Of a stretch of DNA of 64,000 nt, positions 60,293 through 64,000 are shown one piece after another. This DNA comes from an uncultured bacterium (lineage in GTDB: Bacteria; Bacillota_I; Bacilli_A; RF39; UBA660): positions 942-64,941 of the forward strand of contig CAOJEC010000001.1 of NCBI GenBank assembly GCA_948433885.1, given 5' to 3'. The notes below the pieces were generated by a model that saw nothing but the letters and a program-made list of their open reading frames with translations, did not search any database and was not told the DNA's origin. How positions within the stretch are numbered: the first letter of the stretch is position 1; each line of letters starts with the position of its first letter. The position numbers and the translations under genes are program-made.

Positions 60293-60856
60293 ATGCCTAA
60301 ACTATTCATAGATACACATAGTGAAAAAGTTACTTTAGCTGTCGTCAAAGGCGACAAGATTATAAAAAAGCAAGGTGTGAGTAATAGAAGTCACAGTGAA
60401 ATCGTTGCTCCACTTTTGAATGAGCTTTTGAGGGAAACCAATATGGAATTTGCTGATTTCGACGAAATAGCAGTTGTCAACGGTCCAGGTAGTTTCACAG
60501 GAGTTCGTATAGGGGTTACGATTGCTAAGACGATCGCGTACAGTTTGTCTATTCCTATAAAAGTTCTTTCCTCCTTGGAAATGTATGGAGAGAGTGCGAC
60601 GGAATACTTCGACTTGGTGACAGTAGAAGACTCTAAAGGTGTCTACAGTGCACATAAAAAAGAGAACCGTTATGAAGAATTCATTTATCAAAGAAAGGGC
60701 GAATTCGAAGAATATGTTTCGAAAAATGGGTTCACTGTACTTAAGAAGCATGAGATCAATTTGAAGAAGATTTTCGAATATTTAGCTGACAGGGACGAGT
60801 GCAATCCACACGTCGTCAATCCAACTTATGTCAAGGAAATAGATGCTTTAAAATGA
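60293..60856 (+). CDS. tsaB: tRNA threonylcarbamoyladenosine biosynthesis protein TsaB
   Basis: YeaZ-like N-terminus (LFIDTHSEKVTLAVV, GPGSFTGVRIGV). RBS ggagggg. Confidence 0.8.
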   Translation: MPKLFIDTHSEKVTLAVVKGDKIIKKQGVSNRSHSEIVAPLLNELLRETNMEFADFDEIAVVNGPGSFTGVRIGVTIAKTIAYSLSIPIKVLSSLEMYGESATEYFDLVTVEDSKGVYSAHKKENRYEEFIYQRKGEFEEYVSKNGFTVLKKHEINLKKIFEYLADRDECNPHVVNPTYVKEIDALK

Positions 60857-61257
60857 TCGAAGAATTTGAAAAAAAGCACAGTTTACAAGTCAATAGATTA
60901 GGACATACGTTGAATGATGATTACGACATATGTAAAAGAGGAGAACTCGAGAAGATTTTAGTTTATACTAAGGGAGAAGATGTAATCGGGTTTGTTCAGT
61001 ACACCAAATTGTATGAAGTGGTCGAAATATTTTATTTGGTGGTCGACGAAAAGTACCGGTGTTTAGGTATAGGATCGGCTTTTATAGATCATTTAGCAAG
61101 AGATTTGGATGTTCAAAGAGAAATATTGGAAGTGCGAGTATCGAACGAAGGGGCCATATCTTTCTACGAGAAGAACGGTTTTAAGAGACTGAGACCGATC
61201 AAGAACTATTATAAGAATGGCGAAGATGCTCTATCGATGGAAAAGGTGATAAGATGA
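60853..61257 (+). CDS. rimI: ribosomal-protein-alanine N-acetyltransferase
   Basis: GNAT motif (RCLGIGSAFIDHLAR). ATGA overlaps at both ends (tsaB/rimI and rimI/tsaD). Confidence 0.75.
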   Translation: MIEEFEKKHSLQVNRLGHTLNDDYDICKRGELEKILVYTKGEDVIGFVQYTKLYEVVEIFYLVVDEKYRCLGIGSAFIDHLARDLDVQREILEVRVSNEGAISFYEKNGFKRLRPIKNYYKNGEDALSMEKVIR

Positions 61258-62273
61258 AAAAGAATGTATATATATTAGGCATAGAGACGAGTTGCGATGA
61301 AACTAGTATTTCCATTGTAAAGAATGGTAATGAAGATGTTTATACGTGTGTAGCAACTCAGATGGACACGCATGCCGAGTTTGGAGGAGTAGTACCCGAA
61401 ATTGCCAGTCGTATGCATACTGAGAATATAACATTCGTACTCGAAGATGTGATGACTAAATCTGGTGTAACTTGGGATGAAATAGACGCGATCGCGGTTA
61501 CGTATGCTCCCGGGTTGATGGGATGCTTACTCGTAGGTCTCGAATTTGCGAAGACTTTATCTATGATTCACAAGAAACCTTTGATTGCTGTCCACCATAT
61601 TGCAGGACACATTTATGCCAACAATTTAGTAGAAAAGATCGAGTTTCCTTCTTTGGGACTGGTCGTCAGTGGTGGTCATACCGAACTTATACTTTTAAAG
61701 GGCGATTACGATTTCGAAGTTTTGGGTTCGACATTGGACGATGCGGTCGGCGAGTGCTACGACAAGATCGCGAGAATAATCGGTTTCAAATATCCCGGAG
61801 GGCCGAACATAGATAAACACGCTTTAGAAGGAAAGCATACTTACGATTTGCCAAGGCCGATGGATGACGATTCCTTGAACTTTTCGTATAGTGGCCTCAA
61901 AAGTTACATAATCAATTTGGTTCACAACGAGATACAAAGAGGTAATGAAATAAACAAGTGCGATATGGCTAGATCTTTTCAAGACGTTGCCGTAGAGGAA
62001 TTGGTACGAAAATCACGTTTGGCAATTGAACGTTTCGGTTTGAAAAGATTGATAGTCGCTGGAGGAGTAAGTGCAAACAGTTATCTTCGTTCTGAACTCA
62101 AGAGTATGTGCGAAGAATGTGGTGTCCATTTTTCAGTACCTCCAATGAAATATTGCACGGATAATGCGACGATGATCGCGGCAGCGGCTTATCCACTTTT
62201 CTTGAAGAAAGAATTTGCCGATCTTTCCTTGAATGCGAAGAGTCATGAGTACTTTTTCGACAAAAAAGACTAA
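61254..62273 (+). CDS. tsaD: tRNA N6-adenosine threonylcarbamoyltransferase
   Basis: Kae1/Gcp signatures (ILGIETSCDETS, HHIAGHI, SGGVSAN). Confidence 0.9.
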   Translation: MKKNVYILGIETSCDETSISIVKNGNEDVYTCVATQMDTHAEFGGVVPEIASRMHTENITFVLEDVMTKSGVTWDEIDAIAVTYAPGLMGCLLVGLEFAKTLSMIHKKPLIAVHHIAGHIYANNLVEKIEFPSLGLVVSGGHTELILLKGDYDFEVLGSTLDDAVGECYDKIARIIGFKYPGGPNIDKHALEGKHTYDLPRPMDDDSLNFSYSGLKSYIINLVHNEIQRGNEINKCDMARSFQDVAVEELVRKSRLAIERFGLKRLIVAGGVSANSYLRSELKSMCEECGVHFSVPPMKYCTDNATMIAAAAYPLFLKKEFADLSLNAKSHEYFFDKKD

Positions 62274-62310
62274 TTGCATAAACAGTTAAAATATAGTAAA
62301 ATTAGCATAG

Positions 62311-62850
62311 GTGAAAGTGATGAAAGATAGGAATAGTTTCGTATTAGCAGTCATCGTAGCTTTAGTTATTCCTCTAATTTTTGGGGGTCTATATTTTTAC
62401 GACATGTCTTCGAAGAGAGGTTCAAACGGACACATTGCTAAATTCGAAAATGTAAAAGAACTTTTAGTATTTGGCGATAAAGAAATTCGCAATATAGATG
62501 GAAACGCGTTGAGAGATGATCAATATGAGCAAGCTAATAAAATAGAGTTCGAAGTGGATTATGCTAGCGGGCTGAATGCTTGTACTGCATATTCGATAAG
62601 TGCAAGTATATTTAGAAGACATAAAGAAACACAAACCGAAAACGTTTCTTGGAGATTGTTGAAATTCGAAGAAAAAATGAACGATTATAAAACTGTCGCG
62701 ATGGGCAATTTCGAATCTGTAGACGATATAGTTCAGTTGGGACCATCACAAGAATTGTGCCTCATGGAAGAGGCGAAGTATAGATTATATTATTATCTCA
62801 ATGATGAGACGAACGTTGACGGTTTAGTTTTTAAATTGTCGATAGAATAG
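62311..62850 (+). CDS. hypothetical membrane-anchored protein
   Basis: N-terminal TM (VLAVIVALVIPLIFGGLYFY). No recognisable domain. Confidence 0.4.
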   Translation: MKVMKDRNSFVLAVIVALVIPLIFGGLYFYDMSSKRGSNGHIAKFENVKELLVFGDKEIRNIDGNALRDDQYEQANKIEFEVDYASGLNACTAYSISASIFRRHKETQTENVSWRLLKFEEKMNDYKTVAMGNFESVDDIVQLGPSQELCLMEEAKYRLYYYLNDETNVDGLVFKLSIE

Positions 62851-62859
62851 GAGTACAGT

Positions 62860-63594
62860 ATGGCTTTATTGACGAATGCCTTGGCAGGATTATTTTTCTT
62901 AGTTGGATCCTTTTTGGCACTTTTTGAAAAGAAGAAAAAGGGATTGATAGAATTTTCGATCGGATTGTCGTTCAGTGTGATGGTGTTGTTGCTCGCATTC
63001 GACATAGTTCCTGAGATACTCGAGTTGTTGGAAGATAAAGGAACGATATTCATGTACATCTTCATAACGATCGGAATAGTCATGCTCAAGCTCATAGATA
63101 TGCTCGTTCCGCATCACGATCATGACGAAGAAATAATTACTCATCACAGGCATTTGAATCACATCGGGATAATAAGTTCACTTGCATTGGTAGTCCACAA
63201 TGTTATCGAAGGAATAGGCGTCTATAATATAGCTCTACACGATTTTAAAGCAGGAATTTTGATGGCGATAGGCGTCGGATTACATAACATTCCATTTGGA
63301 ATAGAGATTACTGCGACTTTGAATGAGACAAAGAAAAACAAAAAAGTTGTATTTGGCAACATCGTTTTGTTGACATTGAGTACTGTGTTAGGTGGCCTAA
63401 TCATGATGATCTTCAAATCGATCGACGACTTTATCTTAGGGTCTTTGATGAGTTTGACAGTCGGTATGATAAGCTATTTGGTACTGTTCGAATTGTTGAT
63501 AGAATTGGGAGCATCTAAAAATAGAAAGTATTCCGTCGCAGGGTTAGTCACAGGAGTCCTTTTCATGTTGGTAGTGTTTATAATTGGAGGTTAG
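62860..63594 (+). CDS. ZIP-family metal cation transporter (ZupT-like)
   Basis: His-rich loop (HHDHDEEIITHHRH) and conserved HNVIEG / HNIPFG motifs. Confidence 0.75.
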   Translation: MALLTNALAGLFFLVGSFLALFEKKKKGLIEFSIGLSFSVMVLLLAFDIVPEILELLEDKGTIFMYIFITIGIVMLKLIDMLVPHHDHDEEIITHHRHLNHIGIISSLALVVHNVIEGIGVYNIALHDFKAGILMAIGVGLHNIPFGIEITATLNETKKNKKVVFGNIVLLTLSTVLGGLIMMIFKSIDDFILGSLMSLTVGMISYLVLFELLIELGASKNRKYSVAGLVTGVLFMLVVFIIGG

Positions 63595-63596
63595 TA

Positions 63597-64000
63597 TGAA
63601 AGATGTTTTGGTAACGGGGGGAGCCGGGAAAATAGGGTTCGATTTGGTCAAGAAGTTGATCGATGAGACAAATTCTAATATTACAGTCTTGGATTTGGAG
63701 AGTAAGGCGAGCATCAAAACGTTGAGTAAAGTTGAAAGACGCGTGAGAGTCGTCTATGGTGATGTCGAAGATGCGAATTTGATACGCGATTTGGTAAAAC
63801 GAAACGATATCGTCATCGACTATGCGGGCATAATGCCTCCGTTGGCCGACTTGAATGAAAACATCGCAAATTCGACGAATTTTGTCGGTACTAAAAATAT
63901 TGTAGATGCGATAGCCGAGGTCAATCCCGATTGTGTGTACATGTATATGTCTTTTATAGCTGTCTATGGAAAAACTGATAAAAAAGTTAGAAAATTATCG
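63597..64000 (+). CDS. NAD-dependent epimerase/dehydratase (5' partial, continues past window end)
   Basis: N-terminal Rossmann fold (VLVTGGAGKIGFDLVKKL). Truncated by the window end. Confidence 0.6.

Overview
This is an AT-rich (roughly 30% GC) chromosomal segment of a low-GC Gram-positive bacterium. TGA is used as a normal stop (for example uvrA), so this is standard code 11 and not a mollicute code. The gene order mrnC-rlmB-sigH and tsaE-tsaB-rimI-tsaD, together with lgt, SleB-type hydrolase, PAP2 and teichoic-acid-type ABC exporter genes, points to a walled Firmicute (Bacilli or Erysipelotrichia-like). Coding is almost entirely on the + strand. Layout: (i) 0.5-3.4 kb, a mobile/phage-like accessory cluster (KilA-N protein, Fic with the HPFxDGNGR motif, frameshifted RhuM); (ii) 4.5-20.4 kb, core genes (HD hydrolase, UvrD-like helicase, LemA, MBL hydrolase, uvrA, lgt, trxB, mrnC, rlmB, sigH-like sigma, ychF, XRE regulator, SleB-like hydrolase); (iii) tRNA-Trp at 20554-20627, followed by about 5 kb of very AT-rich, low-coding-density island (DUF3800 gene with a translationally coupled partner, three orphan genes, a 24-bp direct repeat, a structured leader, an IS3 transposase remnant); (iv) 25.8-39.3 kb, two paralogous giant surface proteins (NPCBM-like, transglutaminase-like core, F5/8 discoidin, Ig-like repeats, Pro-rich acidic linker, C-terminal TM anchor). 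The first carries an in-frame TGA directly after the putative catalytic Cys. Between and after them lie NUDIX, YjjX-like NTPase, a Cys/His-rich mini-ORF pair and a sigma-70 factor with an apparent duplicated region 4; (v) 39.4-41.9 kb, PAP2, an orphan LytTR regulator, RluA; (vi) 41.9-57.8 kb, a cell-surface glycopolymer locus (Wzy/O-antigen-ligase-like, ABC-2 exporter pair, glycosyltransferases, acyltransferase-3, UDP-GlcNAc 2-epimerase, UbiA prenyltransferase with HAD phosphatase, nucleotidyltransferase, GtrA, cyclophilin lipoprotein); (vii) 57.9-64 kb, Rpn-family nuclease, CIRCE-regulated hsp20, the tsaEB-rimI-tsaD operon, ZIP transporter and a partial epimerase gene. I found no CRISPR array or rRNA.
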